From Mobula hypostoma (taxonomy: Eukaryota): 64,000 nucleotides of DNA. Below are positions 52,646 through 64,000 of the stretch, piece by piece. The DNA lies in contig NC_086097.1 of NCBI RefSeq assembly GCF_963921235.1, positions 213,902,001 to 213,966,000 on the forward strand, in the 5' to 3' direction. The notes beneath the pieces were generated by a model. It saw only the letters and a list, made by a program, of their open reading frames with translations. It was not told the origin of the DNA and made no database searches. A program made the translations under genes and the position numbers. The first letter of the stretch is position 1; each line of letters starts with the position of its first letter.

Positions 52646-53384
52646 TATGTTACTGTGGGTAGCAGAACTGCAGAGCTGAGGTTACAATCAGGTCAGCTGT
52701 AATTATTAAATGCTAGGATACAAACTAGCATCTAATGATCATAGCTGATTTCTGTCTATCATTTTTACTTTACCTTTTTCTATGCATCATCTGTCTTTCA
52801 GCGCATTTGCTCACTTCTCCCTTTCTTCTTTGCTCCAGTTTCTCTTACCATTCTATTTTGTATATCAATCTTAATGCAGAAGGCAGCCCATCTCTCCACA
52901 AATCACCAAATGCAATTGTTTAAGTCTAAAAGTTGGTGAAAATCCTGCGGAAATATTTGGTTATAAAACCTGCAGATCACTGCTTCAGCTGGTAGTTTAT
53001 TAATGATATAATAGTTTATAAAATTACACGGAGCAGATAAATTTACATTTGGCATTAATAACGGCATAAAGCCTCCTCATGTCATGTAATAAGATGAAAA
53101 CAGTCTACATTGATTAACCATCCACTTGAGTCTCCATCTGTCCTTCCTTAGCTAAATCTATCATCGTAACCCACTATTCCTTTCTCTTGATTGTACAGCC
53201 TCCTGTTAAATGTATCTATTCAACAGAGACTTTCTGAATTTCTATTGAAACCCCTTTTTGATTTCTCGGTGACTATTTTACTTTGATGGCCTCCAGTTGC
53301 AGGAGCATAGGAACATACAAACTGGGTTCAGGAGGAGACCATTCAGCCCTTGGTGCCTTCTTCATCATTTAATGAGATATTCAA

Positions 53385-53920
53385 TTCAATTCAGTTTATT
53401 TTCCTTGAGGAACTTTGTGCAGTGGTATGGACAATATCACAGAAATTAAGATACACAACACCAACTTACCTATAGTTGAACCCAATATAAAATACTCATA
53501 GTAGATAATAAACACTAAAAATTAACACATAATTTACAATACAAATACATATAATAAAACTGACTGTTTTTACTGTCGAAGGCGCTATGCATACTACATA
53601 CTCTAAACTGGGTGTTGCTGAAACGCAGGGACCCGTAGCGACATCCAGATGGCATGAGAGTGTAGTACGTGTGAAGAGTATGTGTAATGTCCTCTGCTAT
53701 TTGTTGAGGCTTCTTTATTTTCCATCTATTATGGACGCTGCTGAGAGATTCTTGCTCCTGAACAATGATTTCACTATTTATTCTGACAATTCTGTTGAGT
53801 GGATTGAGGTTCATAGTGCTCATTGCTCCAAACCATGCCATGATGTTGTAGGTTAATGTTGATTCAATGAAGCATTTATAAAATGGCTGATCAGAGTCAA
53901 TGGTGATAGATTTAGCCAAG
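53385..53920 (-). mobile_element. Old Rex/Babar-like LINE 3' fragment
   Basis: FYKCFIESTLTYNIMAWFG..LMPSGCRY; (ttgaa)n tail. Confidence 0.7.
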
Positions 53921-53984
53921 GAAGGACAGGAGGAGGTGCAAGTGGACTGGTTAAACTATGGGGGCTGCCTTCCCACCATGTTAC

Positions 53985-54565
53985 CTGCTGTAACTGCTGG
54001 CCATTTTTAATATCACTTCCCATTCCCATTCCAATATGTCTATCCATGGCCTCTTCCACTGTCGTGATGAGGCCACACTCAGGTTGGAGGAACAACACGT
54101 TATATTCTGTCTGGGTAGCCTCCAACCTGATGGCATGAACACCGATTTCCCGAACTTCCAGTAATGGCCCCTCTCCCCTTCTTCACCATTCCCCATCCCC
54201 CTTTCCCTCTCTCACCTCATCTCCTTGCCTGCCCATCGATTCCCTCTGATGCTCCTCCCCCCTTTTCTTTCTTCCATGGTCTTCTGCCCTCTCCTATCAG
54301 ACTCCCCCTTCTCCAGCCCTGCAATCAACTTCCCAGCTTGTTACTACACCCCTCCCCCTCCTAGTTTCACCTATCACCTTGCGTTTCTCCCTCCCCTCCC
54401 CCAACCTTTTAACTCTACTCCTCATCTTTTTTTCTCCAGTCCTGCTGAAGGGTCTCAGCCCGGAACGTCAACTGTACTAGATGCTGCCTGGCTTGCTGAG
54501 TTCCTTCAGCATTTTGTGTGTGTTGCTTGGATTTCCAGCATCTGCAGATTTTCTCTTGTTTGTGA
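53985..54565 (+). mobile_element. PLE 3' fragment with degenerate hammerhead (~54438-54474)
   Basis: HSNMSIHGL..EATLRLEEQH..GSLQPDGMN. Confidence 0.83.
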
Positions 54566-57099
54566 CGAGGAGATACAAGCCTAGCGTGTCCAAACTTTCT
54601 TCTGCCTGTTCCAGGTTCAGTAAACATCTGAACTGCTTCCAATACATCATCACACTACCTTGAATAAGGAGACCAAGGCTTGGTTAATTACAGATTTTCC
54701 CTCAGTACACTCCATTTATTAGACCTTTGCCTATTCACTTGAGCTACCTATATCCCTTTGCAGCCTTCTTACAACTTACATTTTATGCATAATCAACAAA
54801 ATTAGCAGCTATGAGGTGTCTTCATCCAAGTCATTTTTATAATTTGCAAACAATAAACATCAGCACTTATCCCTGTGGAAAACCATTTGTAACATCTTGC
54901 CAGCAAGAAAAAGGTCAATTTATCCTGTTCTGTTATCCAGCCTGCTATGCAAATAGGTTCCGGTCACATCACAGATTTGCAAAGGAAGAGAGTAAAATCG
55001 TACACACAAGCACGTTTAGAACGAAGGTATAAACTTAGTTACAAAGTAAAAACAAGCCTCAAACACAGCTCTGGAACTGTGTCTAAGAATTTTGCAGAGA
55101 GGAGAGTGGAGAATTATTTACATACATTTCAAAGGTTGTTATAATCATTTATTATCAGATCACGAACATAATTACCAAAGTGAACTTACGTCACTCGAGT
55201 TTCAAACCCTTATTCCTCTAACTGTATTAGATGCTCCCCCTACTGCTCATGGACAGCTCTACTAGGGGAGTAAAGGTCTGGTTAGGAAAAAACTCAGACA
55301 TTTATTAATTTCACCCCATATTGAAAATATTACCCAATCAGAATACTTGAAGTAAGACTCAGCATATTATAATTGCATCTCCTGAACTGACACTTAATGA
55401 AAGGTAGGGCCACAGTTGCCAATTTTCAATCCTCTGGCACAATTTCCCTCTACGAACTGAAGAAAAGTACTCCTTTAGCAGCTGTCACACCTCTATCCTT
55501 CATAGCAACCTCACTTCCTTATTTACTTCTAACGTCTTGCATTGCTCAGTACAAATGCATTTCCTGTGTTTTCTGTTGCTTTTTATATTGCCTGTTGATT
55601 GTTTAACACTTGCCTAGATGCTGGACTGCATCTAACTGCATTTAATAAAAACACACAATTGCAAATTCCATGAAAAAAAAAGATATTTGAAACAATGTTA
55701 GCTTTTTTTACACTCAGAAACTAGGGACTTGTACACCCTGCTGGGAGCAAATTCAATTAAGTGTCGGTCTGACATTTTTCTGCACAGTATCAGTTGTTAA
55801 CCTGTAAAGTACACTCTTATTGCAGCCAGCAGACTCACACACTGTTGTTGTGTTACAAGAGAGAAAGGCTGCGGGAGAGAGGGAAAAAGATCCGAGGGAA
55901 GTCTTATGTGAGGTGCAAAGTCCTGGGGCAGGGAAAGGGATTGGGGGTGGAGGGTGGCAACAACTGGGACATAACGGTGGCGGTTGGAGGCATGGGGAAT
56001 GAGAAAAAGAAGCAGGAATCCTGTCAGGACCACACTAGGAAAAGGAAGAGGCTAGGGTGGTCTCCTCTGGGAGTGAGAATCCAAACAAAACGAAGCAATG
56101 CTACGAGAAATTTCAAGTCGCGTCAAAGTGAGCTGCACACTGACAAACACTGCCCTCTGCCTTACAGACAGCAGAGAGATAGTCACAGAAATCTTTAATT
56201 CATCCTTAGCTCAATCTCTGTTACAGCGTTTCCCTCCTTGAATTATGTTCTACCCAACAGTGAAGCCACCCAAGGTAAGATAATGAAAAGATGACTCGCA
56301 GTTCTTCATCTCCTATATTCAGGCCATGGTGAAGAGGGGCAGCTCACGTGTACCTACTTTGTGTTTTGGTTTGGAAGGATATCAAGAGGGGCGTCCTCTC
56401 TGCCTCACCCAGAACACGGAGCAGAGGATGCAAGGAGGAGGGCAGGAAGGGGAGCAAAGTGCCAGTGATAGTGACGTAGACCTGACTGCCCCCTTGGCCT
56501 TATACCTCACAACATTACCATGAGACACATACCATAGGGATAAGCAGGTCAACTTGAAAAGATGCTCCTCACAGGAAGATACACAAGGTGACCAACGGGC
56601 AGGAAAATTAATTGGGCTGGATTTGGCCCTCAAGCCACTTCATTATTCAACTTCCCCACTTTCCATGCAAATTTTATCCTTAAAATGGAACTCTATCCTT
56701 TCCTTGTTCATGCATTCATTTTTTTTCTTCTTCACAACTGGCCCTATGTAACTTACTTGAAAATCTTGGTTGCCACTCTAGACATGATTTATCATATCTA
56801 TGATACTATTTCTACTCCCTCTTTGCTTTCTTTTTCTGTGTCCTTTCTGGAACCTCTTTCACAGTAACCCCGCCCCTCCTCTTTTATTTCATTAAAAAGA
56901 CTCAGGCCTCTCCAATCTCTACACCAGATATTCAATTCTCCTCTACGCTTCCAAATTGCCACCACTCTCTCAAATTTGATCCCCTTTCAGATAAACTGAT
57001 GGCATTGCTCTGTGCAGTTCTTACTTTCTTCAAAAAGGATTGTTGATTCATTTTTTTGGGCCTCTTTATGATCAACAACCACACCTATCCTAAGATATT

Positions 57100-57250
57100 T
57101 TTCTTTCTGTTTCCTTCCTTTCCAGTCCTGATGAAGAGTCTTGACCCAATGCGTGGATTGCTCATTTCCCTTCATACATGTTGCCTGCCCTGCTGAGCTC
57201 TTCCAGCATTTTGAGCGTTCCAGATTTCCAGCATCTGTAGAATTCCTTGT
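57100..57250 (+). mobile_element. Old PLE terminal fragment
   Basis: tccagtcctgatgaagagtc..tttccagcatctgtagaattcc. Confidence 0.65.
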
Positions 57251-57339
57251 GTACCTATCCACAGCTGCTCTCTTACCAACCCATCACGATCACACCCTTA
57301 CCTTCCCACATCTAGCTCAGCAAATCTTGTCACTCTCTT

Positions 57340-58330
57340 TGTCATCTTATTAATTCCAGTCATCAATTTTCCAAAAAGGCAACTATCGCTGGCTTACTCT
57401 GAATTCTCCTACAAAAGGTCTTTTTGCTAGAACTATTTACCATTCCATAATCATTATACAGAGTAAAGATAATGTCTGGCTCGTTTTTCCCTCTACTCTG
57501 AAACATTGACTTAAACAGTCTTCTCTTGTCTCTTCTATCCTCACATCCAACAACAAGTGAGATAAATTCAGAATCCTCTATCACAAAAAGCGAGTCCATT
57601 AATTCTACCGTCTCTGCCTGCTCCTTTTCTTGCCTACTTCATGGCCAAACTCCTAATGTTCCCCGATCCCTTGGCTGATTAACTTTGTCTTCTCTCCTAT
57701 TTCCCAGCATGCCCATTGAGCATTCACCTCGCCAACAAGACCCATCTGCTGCTCTCTTGATTCTCTCTCCCTTAAGTTACTGAGGGCCAGGCTCTCTTCT
57801 TGGTCCCTACAATGGTGTTAACAATCCCTTCTCCAAAGTTTTAGGCCTCCTCACCTTCAAATCTGCAATCAGCTCCCCTCTTCACAAATAAACTGTCCTT
57901 AGTTCTAACTTCAATTCCTCCCCAAAGTCTGCCAAACTCATATCCACCCTACCAGTAATCCTTTGACTGAATTCCTCTAAGTTGTTGGTACAAAAATAGT
58001 AATAGTCAAAATCACAAAGGACATCTCATGTGAGTGCAATAAAATTGCTATCCTCCATAAGCTGTCAGAAAACTTTTCGCACAATTGACCATATCCATTT
58101 CTGCTAGACTTGAGGCAGACAGGACCAAATTCTCATGGGCTTCTCCTTTACAGTCCAGTCAGAGACAAAATTCCATCAGCAATGTCTGTTCTTCCTGCAC
58201 TTACATCATTATTTTTGGTATCCTTAAAAGATCTACACTTGCCCCTTTATTATTTCTCTCCTACACGTGCCCCTTTGCAAGATCATCCAAAAACACAGTC
58301 CACATAACAATACCCGACCATAGTTCACCC
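57340..58330 (+). mobile_element. Ancient L2-like LINE remnant
   Basis: C/T-rich segment with a degenerate LS..F.TIDH RT motif at ~58063-58092. Confidence 0.45.
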
Positions 58331-59064
58331 ACTGTGTTCCTTGCTATTCTATTGTGAATAAAACAATGGAGGCGGTGGTTTATTGGCCTTCTTGAGGTAA
58401 TTCCTAAAACCATATTTCTCCATTATTTAATGAATATGAAAGAATTTGTCTACTAACCTAACATAAACAACGATGTTGAAGACCCCGACTTTAGAGGTGC
58501 ATTAGGTACAATAAGTTCAGACTGCAGAGCAATATTTTCTGCAACCCCTCTTTAAAAACAGAAGCAACTTACAAGACTAGTACACTGGGGCCATGTAGGT
58601 TCTTTTGAGAAAATGAATGGATAAAAAAAACACATTTTTCATTTCTGCAATGATAGGGAAAAAATAGCCAATGAAGAAGAGCAATTTTAACAAGGAAGAT
58701 TTGGGAATTCTAACATAATATAGGAAGCCGAGGCAGGTGCATTACCAAATTTATGTATTCTGGGAGTAAAACTGGTATTCTATCTTATTCTATGCCTCTC
58801 CTGTCAAGAAATTGATTTAAAATTACTCCAGTAATCATCATCATTCCAGTTGAGTTGATTTTTATTTAATACAAGCCCATTTAGCCACATCACAAGTCAC
58901 ATTTGATTTCCAACCCCCCTTAATATTAAGGCAAATTTGGAACACATGCCACAATTACTTTCATTGGTGTGAAATCATTAAAACAGTATTAATGTTTACA
59001 CTGGTAGATAAATATAATAAAGTATGTATTGAGTACAATCTTTGATGTCAGTACCGGCCTACGG

Positions 59065-59230
59065 ACACAAGAGATTCTGCTGATGCTGGAGATCCGGAGT
59101 ACATACATTAAGTGCTGGAGGAACTCAGCATGTCAGGCAGCATACATGGAGAGGAATAACCATTCAATGTTTTGGGCCGAGACCCTTCATCCCGACCGAT
59201 GAAGGGTCTCAGCCCAAAATGTCGACTGTT
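59065..59230. mobile_element. Inverted PLE-terminal cassette with junction inside the hammerhead cores
   Basis: tttgggccgagacccttcatc ccgacc gatgaagggtctcagcccaaaa palindrome. Confidence 0.78.
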
Positions 59231-62200
59231 TAGGCTTATTGAGTTGTGTGAATTAGCAAAATAGAAATGCCTGCTTGCAGAGGAGAACATTTGATTCAGG
59301 AATAAAAGAAATGAAAAGACTGACAGCTGTTAATTGAATGATATTCATTCTCATTTTGAAGAATGGATCTACTTTATTGATAATTAGTTATTTACTCCTG
59401 TTTCTGATTTTTATCGGCTCAGAGTGTTCCTCATTAGAGCTATTCAGCTTGAAAAGCCACCCATCTAGAAAATCACCTCAGTGAATTATGTGGGCCAAAG
59501 GAGTACATTTTGTATGCAATAAAATCTTCAATATAACAAGAGCCAGCTATAAAGAAGTTTCAGTTTCATCCAGTAAACAGCAAACCATGATGGTGTTTCA
59601 GTTCCATACAGTTGTCAAAAATACCATTAAAATTTAATTCTTTTTCTCTTGATACCAAATCATTCATTTAAAAGATCATACCATTTCAACAATTCACTCC
59701 ACCAGCATCAAGTTTGGTGGGACACCCTCGTGTCTTTATCTCCAAAGGGGATTTTCAGATCACTCGTAATGGACTTGCTATGCAAAGAACGTGGAAGCTA
59801 CCTGCCTGTACTTCTCTTCAAAACAGACATTCTGAGTGGATGACGAGTGAGATGCTGGAGAGCCACAGGGAACAGTGATTATGCTGCTGTTGTAGAGATA
59901 AAAATTAAATAATTTAAAAATGAATATTCTGCCTGCAAGTTACTTGTGGCCAAACACTATCTGCAGCTAAGAGTCAGGATAGACATGCAATCTTGCTCAT
60001 TTCTTTACCCAATCATTCCCAAAAGCAGCAAACACCACCTCCTCCTCCTCCTCCTCCTCTCCCACCTAGATGTCTCTTCTGTGATTCCACCATCTCTTGC
60101 TAACCATCACCACCTTCAAGTCTTCTCCTCAACTCTGCAAACCCACCTACAATTTATTATCTGACTTTGGAATTGTGAAAAAAATGGACATTGTGGTATA
60201 ATTCCATGATCATCCTGGAAAGTAAAGATAAAATCTGGCTTTTTCCCCCTCTCTCAACCATCTTCTTAAACTCTGTTCTCTTGTCTCTTTAACCCTCACC
60301 TTTATTAACAAGTGCAATATACTCAAAGCCTGCGTCCATTCATTCTAAAGGAATGGCAAATTATTTCCCACTCTCCATTTCTTCATAATCCCGCATTATC
60401 TAATATCAGGAACTCAATGGAGTGCAAGATTAAAACTAGGTAGAAACCACTCACTCTTTCTGTAGATAAGCGTTTTAACCACATTGTGACACCTCTATAT
60501 TCCACATACTGAAGGGACACCTGCAGAAAGATTATTTACCACAATGCAAAGAGTAAATTTAAACACATAAATATATAAAAATAGAAATATTAGTAATTTT
60601 GTCATTATATCATTCACAGTACTGACTCTGGAACTGTGTTCCTTTTCAACTGTTCAAAACAAAACAAACAAAAAAATTCAGATATTTTTTTCCAGATACT
60701 GATCTTATGCAAATTGAAGTTTCATGGAGGTCTCAATTCTTTGATTTGTTGCCATTAATTTGCATGTTTTATTTCCAAAGGCCACACAGGCAGATGCTAA
60801 TTGATTCCGTGAAATCAATCGATTGGTTGCCATGGAAGGAAACTACCGTGGACTCAGATAGGTCAATAGTCAAAAGGTCACGAGGTTTCTCAAGTGTGAC
60901 CTTTGTTCATTAAGAAACACAGATGTCACAATAATATCTCATTATTAATATTGATTATCAAAACTTACATTGTAAACAGTCTTTAAAAATATCAACCACA
61001 ACAGGAGAGCTCATTCAAAATAGAGTAGGTAAGAAATTTTGGAACAATCTGTGTCTCCTGGAAATCTGGGAGAAGAACGTCAAATGCAGAGGAATGTATT
61101 GAGATTTCTTTCCCTGTGCCGACTGACATTGCTTGATCTCCAAGCCCGAGTTAAGCAGAACTCTTGACAATTTGGGTGCATAACCAGATTGCACTATGTA
61201 CTTCCTGACTGCATACCTTTGTCAAAGCAAAATTAGGGAGATGGAGATGAACAAGATTGGCTCTCATCACCCATTTTTAAATGCAAAGTGAAAAGGAACA
61301 GCAAGGTGGAATTTCACAGCAAAAGTTTGGCTTGAGCCGATTTCCAGCATCTCTGCCTGTGTTTTGAACAGCCATTAGTTTTAACTATGAAAATGAGGCA
61401 ATTAAAGCCAGTTTCATCTTTGTGAATAAGCCACTGAAAAACCTATCTCTGCATCACTGAAGAAAGAAACAATATTATATATAAAACGGATTAAAATCAA
61501 AGTTCCAATTTTAACAGCAAGAACACAATGTGAAACGCAAAATAGCAGTGATTTAGAAAGACAGAATAAGCAGCATGCCCCATGCCTGAGTGGGTACTGG
61601 CAGTATAGCTCTAATTTATTTAGAACAGAAGGCTTCCTAGTTTCATTCCCAGTGTTTACTAGATTAGCTAACCTCAGCATGAGAGATAGTAGGGAGGCTA
61701 CATTTCACCTCAAAGCCACAGGATAAAAAAGAATAATCAGTCCTGGTTCCTCTCAAGTCTTATTGTGGCCTCGGCAGGGGAGGATACAAATGTAAAAAGA
61801 GCCCATCAGAGAATCTTCTTCAGATGTGATGCCCCCTATGGTTAAATAGGCTGCCAACACTCACTGTCAAGGCTGCTAAATAAAGGAAGGTCACTTGGGT
61901 CAGGTACTGGAGGACTGCTGGCACCTGTGGCCCTGTCAATCAAAGCAGATCAGGAAGAAGAACAGAAAACAGAATAGATAAAAACCATCGGAATGCACTT
62001 CCTCATTTAAGTTGAGATCTTGTATTCTTACCAGCTCAGAACACCCATGACCACCACCATTTCAGAATCAAGATCAGAATCAGGTTTTGATCTGATTCAA
62101 CACAAGAACAAGACACAAAAGATAAAGAACCCAGTAATAATAATAATAACAGTAATATAAAAACACACCATAAATATAAATACACAAGATAGTTTATATA

Positions 62201-63745
62201 CAGTGACTATAAAAAGTATTCACATCTGCCCCCAGAAGCTTTCATGTTTTGTTGTTTTACAACATTGAATCACAGTGGATTTAATTTGGCTTTTTTGACA
62301 CTGATCTCTTTGGTGTCAAAGTGAAAACAAATTTCTACAAATCGGTTTAAATATATTGCAATTATTAAACACAAAATAATTGATTGCATAATTACTCACC
62401 CCCTTCAGGTCAGTATTTAGTAGATGCACCTTCGGCAGCAATTACAGTCTGTGTGGATAGGCCTCTATCAGCTTTGCTTATCTGGACACTGCAACTTTTC
62501 CCCCATTTTTCTTTATAAAACTGCTCAAGCTCTGTCAGATTGCATAGGGATTGTGAGTGAACAGCCCTTTTCAAGTCAAGCCACAAATTCTCAATTGGAT
62601 TGTGGTCTGGACTCTGACTTGGTCACTCCAGGACATTGACTTTACAGTTTTTAAGCCATTCCTGTGTAGCTTTGGCCTTATGTTTGGGGTCATTGTCTTG
62701 CTGGAAAACAAATCTCCCACATCATAATTATCCTGTAGACTGCATCAGGTTTTCCTCCAAGATTTTACCTTCTACCTTCACAAGTCTTTCAGGGCCTGCT
62801 GCAGTGAAGCATCCCCACAGCATCATGCTTCACGGTAGGGATGATATGTTTTTGATGATGTGCAGTGTTTGACATGCCAAACAGAGTATTTAGTCTGATG
62901 GTCAAGAAGCTCAATTTTCATTTCATCAGACCATAGAACCTTCTTCCAGCTGACTTCAGAGTCTCCCACATGCCTTCAGGAAAACTCTAGCCAAAATTTC
63001 ATGTGAGGTTATTTCAACAGTAGCTTTCTCTTTGCCACTGTTCCATAAAGCACCTGGGCAACAGTTGTTGTATGTGCAGTCTCTCCCACCTCAGCCACTG
63101 AAGCTTGTAACTCCTCCAGAGTTGTCATAGGTCTCTTGGTGGCCTCCCTCACAAGACCCCTTCTTGCACGGTCACTCAGTTTTTGAGAATGACCTGCTCT
63201 AGGCAGAGTTACAATTGTGCCATATGTTTTCCATTTCTTGATGATTGACTTAACCGTACTCTAAGGGATATTCAGTGACTTGGAAATTTTCTTGTAGCCA
63301 TCTCCTGACCTGTACTTTTCAATAACCTTCTTGCAGAGTGTTATTTTGTCTTCATGGTGTAGTTTTTGCCAGGATACTGACTCACCAGCAGTTGGACCTT
63401 CCAGATACAGGTGTATTTTCACTACAATCAACTGGAACACCTAAACTGCACACGGTGATCTCCATTTAACTAATTATCTGACTTCTAAAACCAATTGGCT
63501 GCACCAGTGATGATTTGGTATGTCACATTAATGGGGGTGAATGTTAATACTATCAATTACTTTATGTTTTATATTTGTAATTAATTTAGATCACTTTGTA
63601 GAGATCTGTTTTTACTTTGACACTAAAGAATCTTTTTCTGTTGATCTGTGTCAAAAAGAGCCAAATTAAATCCACTGTGATTCAATGTTGTAAAACAATA
63701 AAACATGAATACTTCCAAAGGGGTGAATACTTTTTACCGACACTG
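62201..63745 (-). mobile_element. Tc1/mariner DNA transposon with a decayed transposase (~62410-63355)
   Basis: ~200-bp TIRs (cagtg..aaaaagtattcac / gtgaatacttttt..cactg), 5' TA flank; [50 protein letters not shown]. Confidence 0.92.
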
Positions 63746-64000
63746 CACATGGATTGACTGTATGTCCATAAAGTGGCACTAGACTGTACATGAGGTGAAT
63801 GATGGGAAATAACAAAGCAAGGTGGAGGTGTTGATCTGACTTATCAGTTTTGAGCAGTACAGTGCAAAGACATAAAAATCTATAAACTACAAGAATTGAT
63901 GAATTTTGCAAGGTAAAGGAATAATAACATAGTGTTCATCAATTGTTCTGAAATCTGACAGTCAATTTATACTTACGGTACCAACATACCTTTCACATAT

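Noticed and set aside
55790..56280. Purine-rich stretch ending in a donor-like caag|gtaaga as a promoter or first exon
   Set aside because: No CpG island or other support from sequence alone.
61680..62040. Possible ancient SINE or conserved repeat
   Set aside because: Could not be matched confidently to a known family or to another copy in the window.

Overview
Vertebrate nuclear DNA, most likely from a cartilaginous fish (inferred from the repeat content), and apparently intronic or intergenic: I could not identify an intact host gene. The window is dominated by transposable-element fragments: CR1, Rex1/Babar, L1/Tx1, RTE and L2 LINEs, V-type tRNA SINEs, many Penelope-like element (PLE) pieces, a decayed Gypsy LTR element, two solo LTRs and a Tc1 transposon. 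Two things stand out. (1) The Gypsy element at 37486-41615 lacks its RT/RNase H/integrase core and instead carries an intronless copy of the RRM region of the host splicing factor RBM25, fused in frame to the protease remnant. (2) More than 15 PLE termini carry a minimal hammerhead ribozyme motif with a palindromic ACGU helix III. These occur as TSD-flanked ~100-bp mini-insertions and as inverted cassettes whose breakpoints cluster at the 5' edge of the ribozyme. There is also a near-perfect 73-bp foldback hairpin, a 31-bp tandem array with B-box-like motifs and candidate enhancers. Family assignments come from recognised motifs, not database searches, and boundaries of old elements are approximate.
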